DNA of 64,000 nt, taken from NCBI GenBank assembly GCA_963762115.1, contig CAVXJH010000003.1, forward strand, positions 522,418 through 586,417, written 5' to 3'. This DNA comes from Candidatus Babeliales bacterium. GTDB taxonomy: Bacteria; Babelota; Babeliae; Babelales; JANWKD01. Each line of letters begins with the position of its first letter. Positions within the stretch are counted from its first letter, which is position 1. Shown here piece by piece: positions 50,348-60,512 of the stretch. The position numbers and the translations under genes are program-made. The notes under the pieces were generated by a model. That model saw only the letters and a program-made list of their open reading frames with translations. It did not search any database and was not told where the DNA came from.

Positions 50348-53071
50348 TTAAATAAGATCATATTCCTTGCATCGTCGATTAATTGAAGAACGATTTACGC
50401 CCAAGAATGCCGCAATCTTATTCTGGTTTTTGAATTTATTCCACAAGATGTTCATAATCTTTGGATCTTTTAATGCTTTTTTGCCCAATCGAGCTGCTTG
50501 CGCCAATGCCGGATCAGTTATTGAATAGGTCTGATCAAACTCCATCGAATCCTCAACATTGTTCTTTTTTGATTTGTGCATTAAAAGTTGCTGAATTTTT
50601 GTTTTAAATTGGAACAAACTCATTGGGCGATCATCAATCAATATATTCTTTTCTCGCTCAGTGAGCTCTAAGAGAGTTTTGAACGTTGACGAACGTAATG
50701 CTTGTTTGGTGAAACCATCAACAAGATCATGCATTTCTTCACTGGCAAGATTGGCAATAGAAGGCATGCTCAACGTTGTTTTTTGCAATTCTTTAAAGAG
50801 GCATGGCGAAAATCTTCCCTCTTGCACCAAAGCCTCAATATTCAAATGTGATGAAGCAATAATACGCACATCGCTTACAATCCGTTGATCACCTTTATAC
50901 ACAGTGTAATAACCATATTTTATGAACTCAGCTAACTTTTCCTGTAATTCAATATCAAGCAAATGAATATTCTGAATAAACAAGGTGCCCACATTATGTA
51001 ACTGTTCCAACATTGAAGGCTTTTGAGCAAACCCTAATAACGGATTAATACCAAAAAGCTGTATGGCAATATCAGTGTTTTTGAGCGCCTGTAAGCTCAC
51101 CACCTGCAATTTTTCACGCAAACTAATATGATGAATAATCTCAACCGTTGGCAATAAATCGGCTTCTGGCATTTGCAGCAATAATGCTTTTCTGCTTAAA
51201 GCAATTTTAAGCAACCCAATTTTGAAATTAAGCAACTGACTTCCTGAACCGGGAATCAACTGATTAATCAATTGACCAGATTTGGTTGTTTCTAAATATA
51301 ACAAATAATCCCACTCAGATGGATTTTGCAATAAATCAATTTGCTTTTTAATAACATCAGCAATTTCAGGGTAGTACACGGTAATGATAATAGTATTATG
51401 CTCAAGACTGGGAATACCAACCAAAATCAGCTTATTTCCTTGCGCATCGAGCCCAAAACTATGTTGCGTTGCTTTATAATTTTCAACCTGCTCAACAAGC
51501 TGCTTACAAACTTTTGCCAATGAATGGCCCATATGAGCATTCAAATCAACATTGATAAGCTCTTTTGCTGCCTGATTACCAAAAGTAAATCGTCTATTTT
51601 TATAAAATAAGATGCCAATTTTTCGTTGACGGCTTGAACGCAAGAAAGTACGAATACTTTCTTTATATTGATTAATTTCCTGATGTTTTTGGAACAACTC
51701 TTCACGCAGCTCTTTTTCTTGAGCAATAAGCAAGGTAAGATTCCTGTTTTGGAGCAAGTGGATGATATTTCCCAAATAACTGGCAAAAACGAGCATTTCA
51801 TCACGTTCAACGTTACTGAAAAATTCATTAGATCGCCCATCACGCTCAACAATGATATAGGCAATTAATGTTGCATGTTCATAGATTGGCAAAAAGATGG
51901 CTGCATTTATGCGCTCAAGAAATTGAATTAACTCACGATTAATTTTGTTTTCTTGATAAAAGTTATTAAAAACAATTTCATCATAAATTAATATTTTATG
52001 CTGTTTAATTGCTTGTACAATATCATGAGTAATTTCATTATTACCATTAATACACCGCTCAACAGTCACTTCTCGCGATGATAACTCATTTTTTTGTTCA
52101 TTTGATTTTGTGTGATTTGCCAGGGAACGAATATATAAATTGGTACAATTTGCCTGTAACCCAAAAGCATCCTTAAAGAATAGTTGGGTGAGAATACTCA
52201 ACTCGGGGACAGAGTTGGTGTAACTTAATTTTTCAAGCACATTTTTAAAATCATCAATAAAATTAAACGTTTTTGCAGCTTGCACATGATTTTGGAAATT
52301 CAAAAATCTAAGCCCCATCACTTTACGCATTGCATGGTAAATAGCAAACGTGAGAAGTAATGTTGAAACACTAGTTATACAATATAAATAATTATTAGCC
52401 GTTACATTTAAATACATTTTTGTAACGATTATTAAAGTTTGTATTGATTCTGTTAATAAATAAGGACATAAAAGAAAGGTAACTAAAATCGTAAGTTGTT
52501 TTTTTAATATCTTCGGAAAATTAACTTGATAAAGATTTTTTAATGTTAAAAAAATACTAGGCAAAATTAAAAAAAATAACACATAAAAGACGATGACATT
52601 CATCATAGTGAACTCAAATTCAGAACGCCCATGAACAATATCAAAATGAAAAAATGCAGAATAAAAAAAATACATTGAAAATATAAAACTAAATACTAAC
52701 AACGTTTTTTGACGTAAGTTAATTTTGTATTTTTTATCAACAAGGCTTTCAACAAACAAACTTAATGATTGAAATTGCAAAACATTAAATGCCCAGCCTA
52801 ATCTAATAAAAAAAACTATATAACTATAATCCAACAAAGGATACCATAATTCCCTAAATAATTTTATTATCCAAACAAAATCACCAAAGGCGCCATTAAA
52901 TAATAAAGCTAATAACAAATAAAGAGGCGTAGAAAGATTTTTGCTTCTTAATGCTTTAGTAATTAAAAAAAACAAAAAATATAACTTTGCAAAAAAAGCA
53001 ATAGTTTCAACAAAAAATAGAAATTCCAATCCCTTAACAAGTGACCAAAAAAACTCTAATAAAATTATCAT
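50348..53071 (-). CDS. Multi-TM sensor fused to degenerate sigma54-activator-like AAA domain and HTH
   Basis: About 7 TMs; GTLFIQNI..L...LQ.KL, DVRIIASS, GRF...LF; C-terminal AAFLGVNRSSI HTH. Confidence 0.8.
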   Translation of the reverse strand: MIILLEFFWSLVKGLEFLFFVETIAFFAKLYFLFFLITKALRSKNLSTPLYLLLALLFNGAFGDFVWIIKLFRELWYPLLDYSYIVFFIRLGWAFNVLQFQSLSLFVESLVDKKYKINLRQKTLLVFSFIFSMYFFYSAFFHFDIVHGRSEFEFTMMNVIVFYVLFFLILPSIFLTLKNLYQVNFPKILKKQLTILVTFLLCPYLLTESIQTLIIVTKMYLNVTANNYLYCITSVSTLLLTFAIYHAMRKVMGLRFLNFQNHVQAAKTFNFIDDFKNVLEKLSYTNSVPELSILTQLFFKDAFGLQANCTNLYIRSLANHTKSNEQKNELSSREVTVERCINGNNEITHDIVQAIKQHKILIYDEIVFNNFYQENKINRELIQFLERINAAIFLPIYEHATLIAYIIVERDGRSNEFFSNVERDEMLVFASYLGNIIHLLQNRNLTLLIAQEKELREELFQKHQEINQYKESIRTFLRSSRQRKIGILFYKNRRFTFGNQAAKELINVDLNAHMGHSLAKVCKQLVEQVENYKATQHSFGLDAQGNKLILVGIPSLEHNTIIITVYYPEIADVIKKQIDLLQNPSEWDYLLYLETTKSGQLINQLIPGSGSQLLNFKIGLLKIALSRKALLLQMPEADLLPTVEIIHHISLREKLQVVSLQALKNTDIAIQLFGINPLLGFAQKPSMLEQLHNVGTLFIQNIHLLDIELQEKLAEFIKYGYYTVYKGDQRIVSDVRIIASSHLNIEALVQEGRFSPCLFKELQKTTLSMPSIANLASEEMHDLVDGFTKQALRSSTFKTLLELTEREKNILIDDRPMSLFQFKTKIQQLLMHKSKKNNVEDSMEFDQTYSITDPALAQAARLGKKALKDPKIMNILWNKFKNQNKIAAFLGVNRSSINRRCKEYDLI

Positions 53072-53479
53072 AAAACCTTGCTATGAATTAAAGTAGTAAT
53101 TATACTATTCTTAGTTTTCAACATAATGTTCAACTTCAAAGGTAATAAATCATGTTAAAAAGTAAACCATTTATATCACTTTTATATTATATAAGTAAAG
53201 TGGGCTGTAGCGTGTTATTTACTCTCGTACTATTCCGATGGCCACCTGCAACATAAACAAGAATATCAAAAAATAACGATTGCGACAAATTGCTTGTGTT
53301 TTGACTACATCGGACTTGTGATAATGATGCAAAAAAATTAGCTAGTATGATTTGTCGTACTAGCTATTTCGATGAATTAAATCCTATTATTAATCAATAT
53401 TATTTTACTTCTAACTAATATTTCACAGTTTTAAATCTGCAATCGCAGTAAAACTTCCTTCTTGCCAGGACCAAACATC

Positions 53480-56400
53480 ATGAAGCACACCCTCAACCAA
53501 GCGGCAATTCTGCTTATCCTACTTTCATTGCATTCTCTGCATGGCATGGAGCAACCAAATAATCATGAACAACCAACCTTTCAGTGCAAAGTTCCCTTTG
53601 GCAATGATGAATTCCCCGATGAAATTCCTGTAGAACAAAACGCCTATCATACAACACTTCTCTATAACGAGAATGACACTTCCTATTATTATGAACCAGA
53701 TCCTGAAAGACCCGGAACGTTAAAGCGAAAAAAATATGATGCAACCTTTGATCTTATATATCACAACGAACCCCCTCCACCTCCATCACCGAGACAAACA
53801 AGAGCACCATTGCCTTATCTTAGCGATCGCCAAAGCAGATTAAACAGCAGCAGCCACAGTTTTGCTCAAAGATCAGAATATTATGCCAGAAGAGATTTTG
53901 AGATTGATCAGTATTTGCATGCATATAATCAATTTGATGAACACGGCCAAGCCATGCTTGCTCATGAAAATAAAAAATTACATGAACTTGCCATGCGAAG
54001 AATAGCCTATGAAAATCAACCACCCTTCAGACAACGAGTTAAAACAAGTCTGAATATCATAGGCGAAAAAATTTCATCAACAAAAGATCGATTCAGTTCA
54101 TGGTTGCGAGGGCCTGCAACCGATGATAATCCTGAAAAAGAACTCGATGAACGCGTAACAACCAGAAATGATTATCAGCGCGCAACCGCTGAGCAAACAC
54201 AGCAATCAACTTCACATCATCGTGATTATATAAATGCTTGCTTAGAACAACAATCACCTCGAAAATCACAAGACCCATTCCACATCGAAACTGTCTTAGA
54301 AAAGTTTGAAAAAAAAGCTGCAGAACGCGCTCAAGAAGATGCGCAAAAAGAAGAAAAATTAGAAGAAAAGAGAGAAGCCGTCTTTGCTCCGACGGGCATC
54401 ACCTTTATCCCCGGTACTTCATCATCAAGCACATCGGAAAGTGCCACCTCAACAGCAACTGATAATGCAGAATCAACAAAAAAGCCTTCGCTATTTCCAG
54501 CAGAAAAGCCAAAAGAGCAGGATAAAGATAAAAAGCCGCATGGTATTCCTCAAGAGATAAAAGAAAAATATGAAGAATACAAAAAGCAAGAATCAACGCT
54601 GCACGATAAAACAGAAAAATCGGCTCAAACGCAACGATCTGAATCATCAAATATAACTGCCATCACCAAAGAGCCAATGATTGATGTCATTAATCAAGAT
54701 TCAAAAGCATTTATAGCAAAGCTCGATCTGCCACGCCAAGCTTCTGGCGGCAACAGCAGTTCATCTACGCGATCTTCACCACCTCCGCCAGCGGCAACAT
54801 CATTGCCAACATCACCGCTCAGCCAAATCAATAGTTATCAAGCGTATGCATCAACCGCACCAACAAGAACATCTTCTGCGCAATCAAGTTCACTGCAATC
54901 GCAACGACAATATTACAACAATCAAATTAGCCAAGCGGCTCGCAGAGAATCGAGTACTGCACGCGCTTGGGGCGGAAGTCAAGAAAGAAAGCAGCTTGAA
55001 GCACAGCGGAGTAAAGTTGAATCTGCAATTAGATACCAAGAAGCTCTTGAAAATTATTCTCGGGGCACCGAATATGGAGAGTATTTGAAAAGAGTTAGAA
55101 AAATGCGGGAAGCAGGCCTTAATCATGCTAGATATATGCAATCCACCAACGATAACTCTGCTCAATACAAAAGAAAAATTAGGTATTTATTAAAAAACGG
55201 TTTGATTAGCGAAAAAGAGAAAAAATTTATTAATGATGCTTGGAGTGAAGAAACAAAAAAATCGGAAAGACCTGATTTAGTTTGTCTAAGCCCCCTTAAT
55301 GCAAATACAGTGCACAGTTCTGATTCTATATACGAAACGGTTCTTCGCGGATGTAACGAAAAAGTAAATCCACTGTACGAAAGACAAAGTAAATGGGAAA
55401 AAGAAATATTATTACCTATTTTGCGAGAAAATAATTTTGACCAAGCAAATAAACTAGTATCAAAAAAAATAGATAGAGAAGAATGGTTAAAAATCAGACG
55501 CAAATTAGAAAAGCATCATTCAGATATTAGTAAAAGTACAATTGCTCGAAAAAAACAGGATGAAATTACAAAGAAAACAGATGAAGAGTATAAAAAAATT
55601 GGTTACACTGAATGGTTTTTTTCGTGGGACAAATACGGTAAAATACGTGCAATAAAAAAAGAAGAAGCTTACAATGAATACCTTGATGAAATTTCTCATA
55701 AAAAAAACTTAGAACATCAACAGAAACTTGCAGCTGAAAAATTAGAACGCGAACGACAACAAGCAGAAATTGAACGTCAGCTTGCAGCAGAACGTGCTGA
55801 GCAAGAGCGCATCCAAAAAGTAGTTGAACTTGCACAAAAAAAAGAAGCAAATGCAAAATTAGTTGGTGAAAAATTAGAATATGAAGCAAAGAAAATTCGC
55901 TTACAACAAGAATTTGAACTTGAACAATCGAAAAAACGATTAGAAGCAATCACGCGAAGAATTAATGCTCCGCATTATCAACGAGAAAAAGAAGATTTTT
56001 CTCCTGCAACCCCACAACCAACCTTCGATCAAATCGAATTAATCGTTGAACCTGCACCATCATTTTCATTGCAAGATATTCTTGCTCAACCTGCTCATGA
56101 TTTCTTATCAACTGGCCGTCATGAAACACAACGAACTGATCCAGAAGTTATAACAGAACTTATTGCTGATCCTACAACACCACACAATATTGTTGAACTT
56201 TTGGAGCGAGCACAATTTTTGCAAAACAACGTTGATGATAAAGCACTCAATGATTTATCATCAACAGCAACTGAATTAATTTTGTATGGTGAAATTATTT
56301 CAAAAAAAATGGCCGAAAGCCGCTTTGCTCGAAGCACAGAAGAATCTGAGCGACTTGACGCATTAAAAATAGAAATAGTAAGAATTTCCTCATTTATTCT

Positions 56401-57763
56401 TGATTGCATTGGCATTGCCCATGAAGAAATGAAAAAAAAGCGAGCAGAACATTATGAACTCTTTAAATTTGTTTCAGAACATCCGATTGAGTCATTAAAA
56501 ATTGTAACACCAATTCTAGCTCATATTACACAAAAAATTGTAAGGTTAGCAGTAGTTCTCGCTCCCTACGATGATGCTGGCCCTGATCTTTTCATTCAAA
56601 ATCTTACTGACGGTACTATTTCTGATCTTCAAAAAGAATCTCTTGATGAATTAACCGCACTTGTTGATGCTTCTAGCAAATCTGTTACTGATTTCCTCTG
56701 GCATACATCACGTCGAGAACAATTTAAAGGTGGTATTAATTTTGGCTTTGATTTAGCAGCACAACATCTAATCCTTAAATCATGCGCAATGCTCAAATCA
56801 ACATTACGCACGAATTTTATTCAAGCTAATGTATTGCAATCAGTTGCAACAACAGCTGAAGAACTGGCTACCTTGGAAGCAACTGCTGAATTGGCTTTGC
56901 AACAAAAGCAATTGGTGCTGGCTATTGAGCATGCTGTCGAAGGCGATCTTGCTCAAACAGCTGAAAATGTTGGGCGAACTCAGCGAGTTAATAAAATCCT
57001 TGATGCTGCAACAGAGTTTTCACAATCAGAAAAAGCTAAAGAAATTTTGTCACGATTAGAAGGTGGTGTAAAAAATACTCCATTGCCTCAAAGACACGCT
57101 CCAATTAGAATCCCTGAAACAGAACTCCCCCAGATCAAAGTACATCTTGAACGAACAGTTGCACATTTAGAGACTTTATATGATAAATCAATAATAGATG
57201 AAGCAAAATCCATTTTAAAATTTGATAATGATAGAGTTCTCATAAAAATGCATGAACCCGAAAAATTGTTAGAATCAACTATAGAAGCCATTCAAAAAAT
57301 TGATAGTAACCCAAGATGGAAAGACTTTAGATTTGATCCTGCAAAGAATGGTGGTTGCAATATAACTTCAATAGAAGAGGCTATTGCTGGTATAGCAGCT
57401 GAAGAACAAGAGTTTCTACAAAATTTGGTCCGTGAAGCAACTGGCAAAGGAGAATTTATTGATCCTGCCGGGAAAATTTGGGATGTTAAAACAGCAAAAT
57501 CATATGCTTTAAATGGTGAACATATTTTTAATACTCAAGGCAAAAAAGAATTTTTAGCATCTCTTGAAAAATCATTAACAAAAGATCTTAATGAAAATCT
57601 TATAGTAAATATATCTTATCTTATAAAAACGGAACATGGTGCACTATATGATCTTCTGCGGAATCTACCCAAATCTAAATTGGAAAGAATTATTATAATT
57701 GATGCAATAAATCCGATGAATAGTAAAACAACTTTTGAGTTATTAAAATATTTAGGAGTATAA
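53480..57763 (+). CDS. Large secreted polymorphic-toxin-like protein with C-terminal PD-(D/E)xK-like nuclease
   Basis: Signal peptide followed by GME; low-complexity and coiled-coil body; C-terminal E..A...EFID...WDVK motif. Confidence 0.7.
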   Translation: MKHTLNQAAILLILLSLHSLHGMEQPNNHEQPTFQCKVPFGNDEFPDEIPVEQNAYHTTLLYNENDTSYYYEPDPERPGTLKRKKYDATFDLIYHNEPPPPPSPRQTRAPLPYLSDRQSRLNSSSHSFAQRSEYYARRDFEIDQYLHAYNQFDEHGQAMLAHENKKLHELAMRRIAYENQPPFRQRVKTSLNIIGEKISSTKDRFSSWLRGPATDDNPEKELDERVTTRNDYQRATAEQTQQSTSHHRDYINACLEQQSPRKSQDPFHIETVLEKFEKKAAERAQEDAQKEEKLEEKREAVFAPTGITFIPGTSSSSTSESATSTATDNAESTKKPSLFPAEKPKEQDKDKKPHGIPQEIKEKYEEYKKQESTLHDKTEKSAQTQRSESSNITAITKEPMIDVINQDSKAFIAKLDLPRQASGGNSSSSTRSSPPPPAATSLPTSPLSQINSYQAYASTAPTRTSSAQSSSLQSQRQYYNNQISQAARRESSTARAWGGSQERKQLEAQRSKVESAIRYQEALENYSRGTEYGEYLKRVRKMREAGLNHARYMQSTNDNSAQYKRKIRYLLKNGLISEKEKKFINDAWSEETKKSERPDLVCLSPLNANTVHSSDSIYETVLRGCNEKVNPLYERQSKWEKEILLPILRENNFDQANKLVSKKIDREEWLKIRRKLEKHHSDISKSTIARKKQDEITKKTDEEYKKIGYTEWFFSWDKYGKIRAIKKEEAYNEYLDEISHKKNLEHQQKLAAEKLERERQQAEIERQLAAERAEQERIQKVVELAQKKEANAKLVGEKLEYEAKKIRLQQEFELEQSKKRLEAITRRINAPHYQREKEDFSPATPQPTFDQIELIVEPAPSFSLQDILAQPAHDFLSTGRHETQRTDPEVITELIADPTTPHNIVELLERAQFLQNNVDDKALNDLSSTATELILYGEIISKKMAESRFARSTEESERLDALKIEIVRISSFILDCIGIAHEEMKKKRAEHYELFKFVSEHPIESLKIVTPILAHITQKIVRLAVVLAPYDDAGPDLFIQNLTDGTISDLQKESLDELTALVDASSKSVTDFLWHTSRREQFKGGINFGFDLAAQHLILKSCAMLKSTLRTNFIQANVLQSVATTAEELATLEATAELALQQKQLVLAIEHAVEGDLAQTAENVGRTQRVNKILDAATEFSQSEKAKEILSRLEGGVKNTPLPQRHAPIRIPETELPQIKVHLERTVAHLETLYDKSIIDEAKSILKFDNDRVLIKMHEPEKLLESTIEAIQKIDSNPRWKDFRFDPAKNGGCNITSIEEAIAGIAAEEQEFLQNLVREATGKGEFIDPAGKIWDVKTAKSYALNGEHIFNTQGKKEFLASLEKSLTKDLNENLIVNISYLIKTEHGALYDLLRNLPKSKLERIIIIDAINPMNSKTTFELLKYLGV

Positions 57764-57764
57764 T

Positions 57765-58112
57765 ATGTCACTTGTCATTGATTGGAAAAATAAAACAATA
57801 TTACAATGTTCAAACGGTATTATTTCCGCATTAAATGATGCCCTATTGGATCTTATCTATGAAGAGAATTTATCTTTTAATAAAGATATTGAAAAATTAA
57901 TTAATAGATTAGAAACAGCTTCCAGAGGAATTGGTTTTGATCTTGCTGACTATTTACATACACAAGAAGATCTTAAGATTTTTAAAGATTTGGTAAAAAA
58001 GGGAATAGATAGATTGCATCAAGAAATTCCACCATTACCACCAACAACAACGGAACGACTGGAAAGTTTTTACAAAGGCTTAGTAGAAGCATGTAAAACT
58101 TTTCCGAATTAA
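57765..58112 (+). CDS. Putative immunity protein
   Basis: Starts 1 nt after toxin stop; AGGAG RBS lies inside the toxin 3' end. Confidence 0.6.
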   Translation: MSLVIDWKNKTILQCSNGIISALNDALLDLIYEENLSFNKDIEKLINRLETASRGIGFDLADYLHTQEDLKIFKDLVKKGIDRLHQEIPPLPPTTTERLESFYKGLVEACKTFPN

Positions 58113-58358
58113 GAAAAAACATGATTGAAAAACTTGGATTTTTATGTTGCTTTTGTAATCGAGGCATAATCTAAAATAAAACTGATAATATTGATATCAA
58201 TATTATCACCGATGAAGATTAATCAATGTAAAATAATCTACGAGTTAATTATTAACTAAACCATTGTGAACAAACAAATGTTACTAAAAAAATATTAATG
58301 CGAAAATAGATTAGCTAAGATTTTTTTGTTTAAATTTACAAAATCTCATTATGTAATA

Positions 58359-59246
58359 CTATCGCTTAATTTTTTTATATTCACTCCATAATGCTGAATG
58401 ATATCCTACATGACCTCGATCGGATCCGGTCGTTACAATTGTTAATCCTTTGTTTATTTGTATTAGCCTGCTTATAAATAATGCATCATCGCGATTACTT
58501 AAAATTTCATCAGGATCTTGAAAATGAAGCATGATATTTAATTTCATTCCTGATAATAAGTAAACACTATAAATGGGATTCATAACATTATTGGAATAAT
58601 TTTCTGCAAGAATTTTTAATTCAGGACTGTTACCTCGAAATGCTATTATTTCTCCAATTGATTTTAATGGACAATCAAGAATAATGTATCCTTGTTCAAT
58701 GATGTTTAATATCCTCTTTTTTTCTTCCACAAAAATGCCGATTTCTTCTAACATTCTATCATGGTAGCTGTTATTTAAAACACCAAGAGCATTAATAATT
58801 GCAGCACCACCAGCAGAAAAACCATAAAGATTTATTTTGGAAATTTGCAAATCACAGACACAATATTTGAGAATATATAAAAGAGGAAGAATTTCATCAA
58901 TTGTACCATAAGCTACTTCACGATGATCCGCAGTTGACTTTATGTTGTAATCAGGAAAATTAAACCCTATTAAATTTTCAGTGAAAACATTATAAGAATT
59001 AATTACATCAACAATTTGATTGTTGTGTCCATATCCATGACAACAAATAGTTACAGCAGTGCTAGACGATTTACTAGGAATAACTTTTATACCAAGATCA
59101 TAAAAAAAGCGATGACGACTGGGAAATGTTAACAATGGCTCTTGAGCAAATGAATATAACACGGCACTTAATAATAAACTAAATAGTACAATATTATAGA
59201 ACTTATTATTAGATACGTTTAATTTTACCATGTTTTTTTCCAACAA
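58359..59246 (-). CDS. Alpha/beta hydrolase
   Basis: HGYG, GFSAG, D and H candidates. Confidence 0.75.
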   Translation of the reverse strand: MLEKNMVKLNVSNNKFYNIVLFSLLLSAVLYSFAQEPLLTFPSRHRFFYDLGIKVIPSKSSSTAVTICCHGYGHNNQIVDVINSYNVFTENLIGFNFPDYNIKSTADHREVAYGTIDEILPLLYILKYCVCDLQISKINLYGFSAGGAAIINALGVLNNSYHDRMLEEIGIFVEEKKRILNIIEQGYIILDCPLKSIGEIIAFRGNSPELKILAENYSNNVMNPIYSVYLLSGMKLNIMLHFQDPDEILSNRDDALFISRLIQINKGLTIVTTGSDRGHVGYHSALWSEYKKIKR

Positions 59247-59599
59247 TCTTTATTGTATAACAACAAAATAACAAATTTTTTACGTTTTTATCGTTTAGAC
59301 GTTAACATATTAACGTATTTTATGCGAATTTTATGATTCAATAATTCGATTTAAGCAACAAGCTGAAAAAATATTTGAAAGCTTTGTTGCGCAAGAAGAT
59401 AAAGAAAAAATATTATATGCTGAAAGTCCTGCTTATAATAAAATTTGGTTTTATCTTATTTTAGCTGCTGATATGTGCTCAGAAAAAATCATAAAATAAT
59501 ACTTCTAATTATATATTGTTTTTTAAAGATACTATTATTTACAATGAAATAAAAAATAGTTGTGTTTTTTGCTTTGTTTAGATTGTTTGGAGTCTTTTC

Positions 59600-60388
59600 A
59601 TGAAAATAATATCTATTTTTTTATGCAGCATATTGGTAATTAATTTGCGGTGTAATGATCTTGAAAACGCATTAAGCAATCTTCGTAACGCATTGCAAAC
59701 ATTAGAAAATAAATTACAAAATATTTCGATTACCTATGAATTACCTCCATCAAACATCAAAATTTTTGATAAACCATCTTCAATTACCTGCGGCCCGCGT
59801 TATAGAGATGATGGAAAAATTATTCTTAAAAGAACAAAAAAAGATAAACTTCTTTGTGTTTTGAAAGGCTATCGTAACTTTTATTTTGAAAAATGGGATC
59901 CATCTGATAGCGAATTATACAATACTCTTGATACAGAAGATTTCTCAGAAAATTTTGTGGCAATAAAGATTATTAAAGTTGAAATTTTTAAAACATTTCA
60001 AACACAAACAATAAAAACTGAAATTGGAAATGACGTAATAAAATATTGCATCATTTGTCCAAAAAACAACCCTGATATAAGGGAAAAAGTAAGAATCTTA
60101 TTATATGCAACAGTAACAGAAAACCAAGTAACCAAATATCTTATACAAACATTACTTGGCTATAAAAAAAGCGAAATCAAACGATTTTATGAGATTAAAT
60201 ATTCTGATTGGAAAAAAAAGTTTGATCAAGATAAAGATAGTGCAAGAAAATTAATAAAAGAAGCACAAAATAAAAAAATTCCTGATTATTGTTCAGGCAT
60301 AAATAATTATAAGTTCGAACCACTTTTTTCTAAAAAACAGTTTCGTGGTAAAACATATCAGACTCAAGAGACTTGCACGCTCTGGTGA
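59600..60388 (+). CDS. Secreted hypothetical protein
   Basis: GGAG RBS, signal peptide, N-terminal Leu-heptad helix. Confidence 0.65.
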   Translation: MKIISIFLCSILVINLRCNDLENALSNLRNALQTLENKLQNISITYELPPSNIKIFDKPSSITCGPRYRDDGKIILKRTKKDKLLCVLKGYRNFYFEKWDPSDSELYNTLDTEDFSENFVAIKIIKVEIFKTFQTQTIKTEIGNDVIKYCIICPKNNPDIREKVRILLYATVTENQVTKYLIQTLLGYKKSEIKRFYEIKYSDWKKKFDQDKDSARKLIKEAQNKKIPDYCSGINNYKFEPLFSKKQFRGKTYQTQETCTLW

Positions 60389-60512
60389 ATAATCAATAGG
60401 GATTTGACTCTCAACTGACCCCTTCTACATAAAAAACTGCAAAAAGAGTGAATATAGGGTATACTAATAAATAATTAGTAGTATACATATTTACCTTTTT
60501 ATTTTTTGATAT

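Noticed and set aside
59330..59500. Possible gene remnant
   Set aside because: Short, no convincing start or motif.
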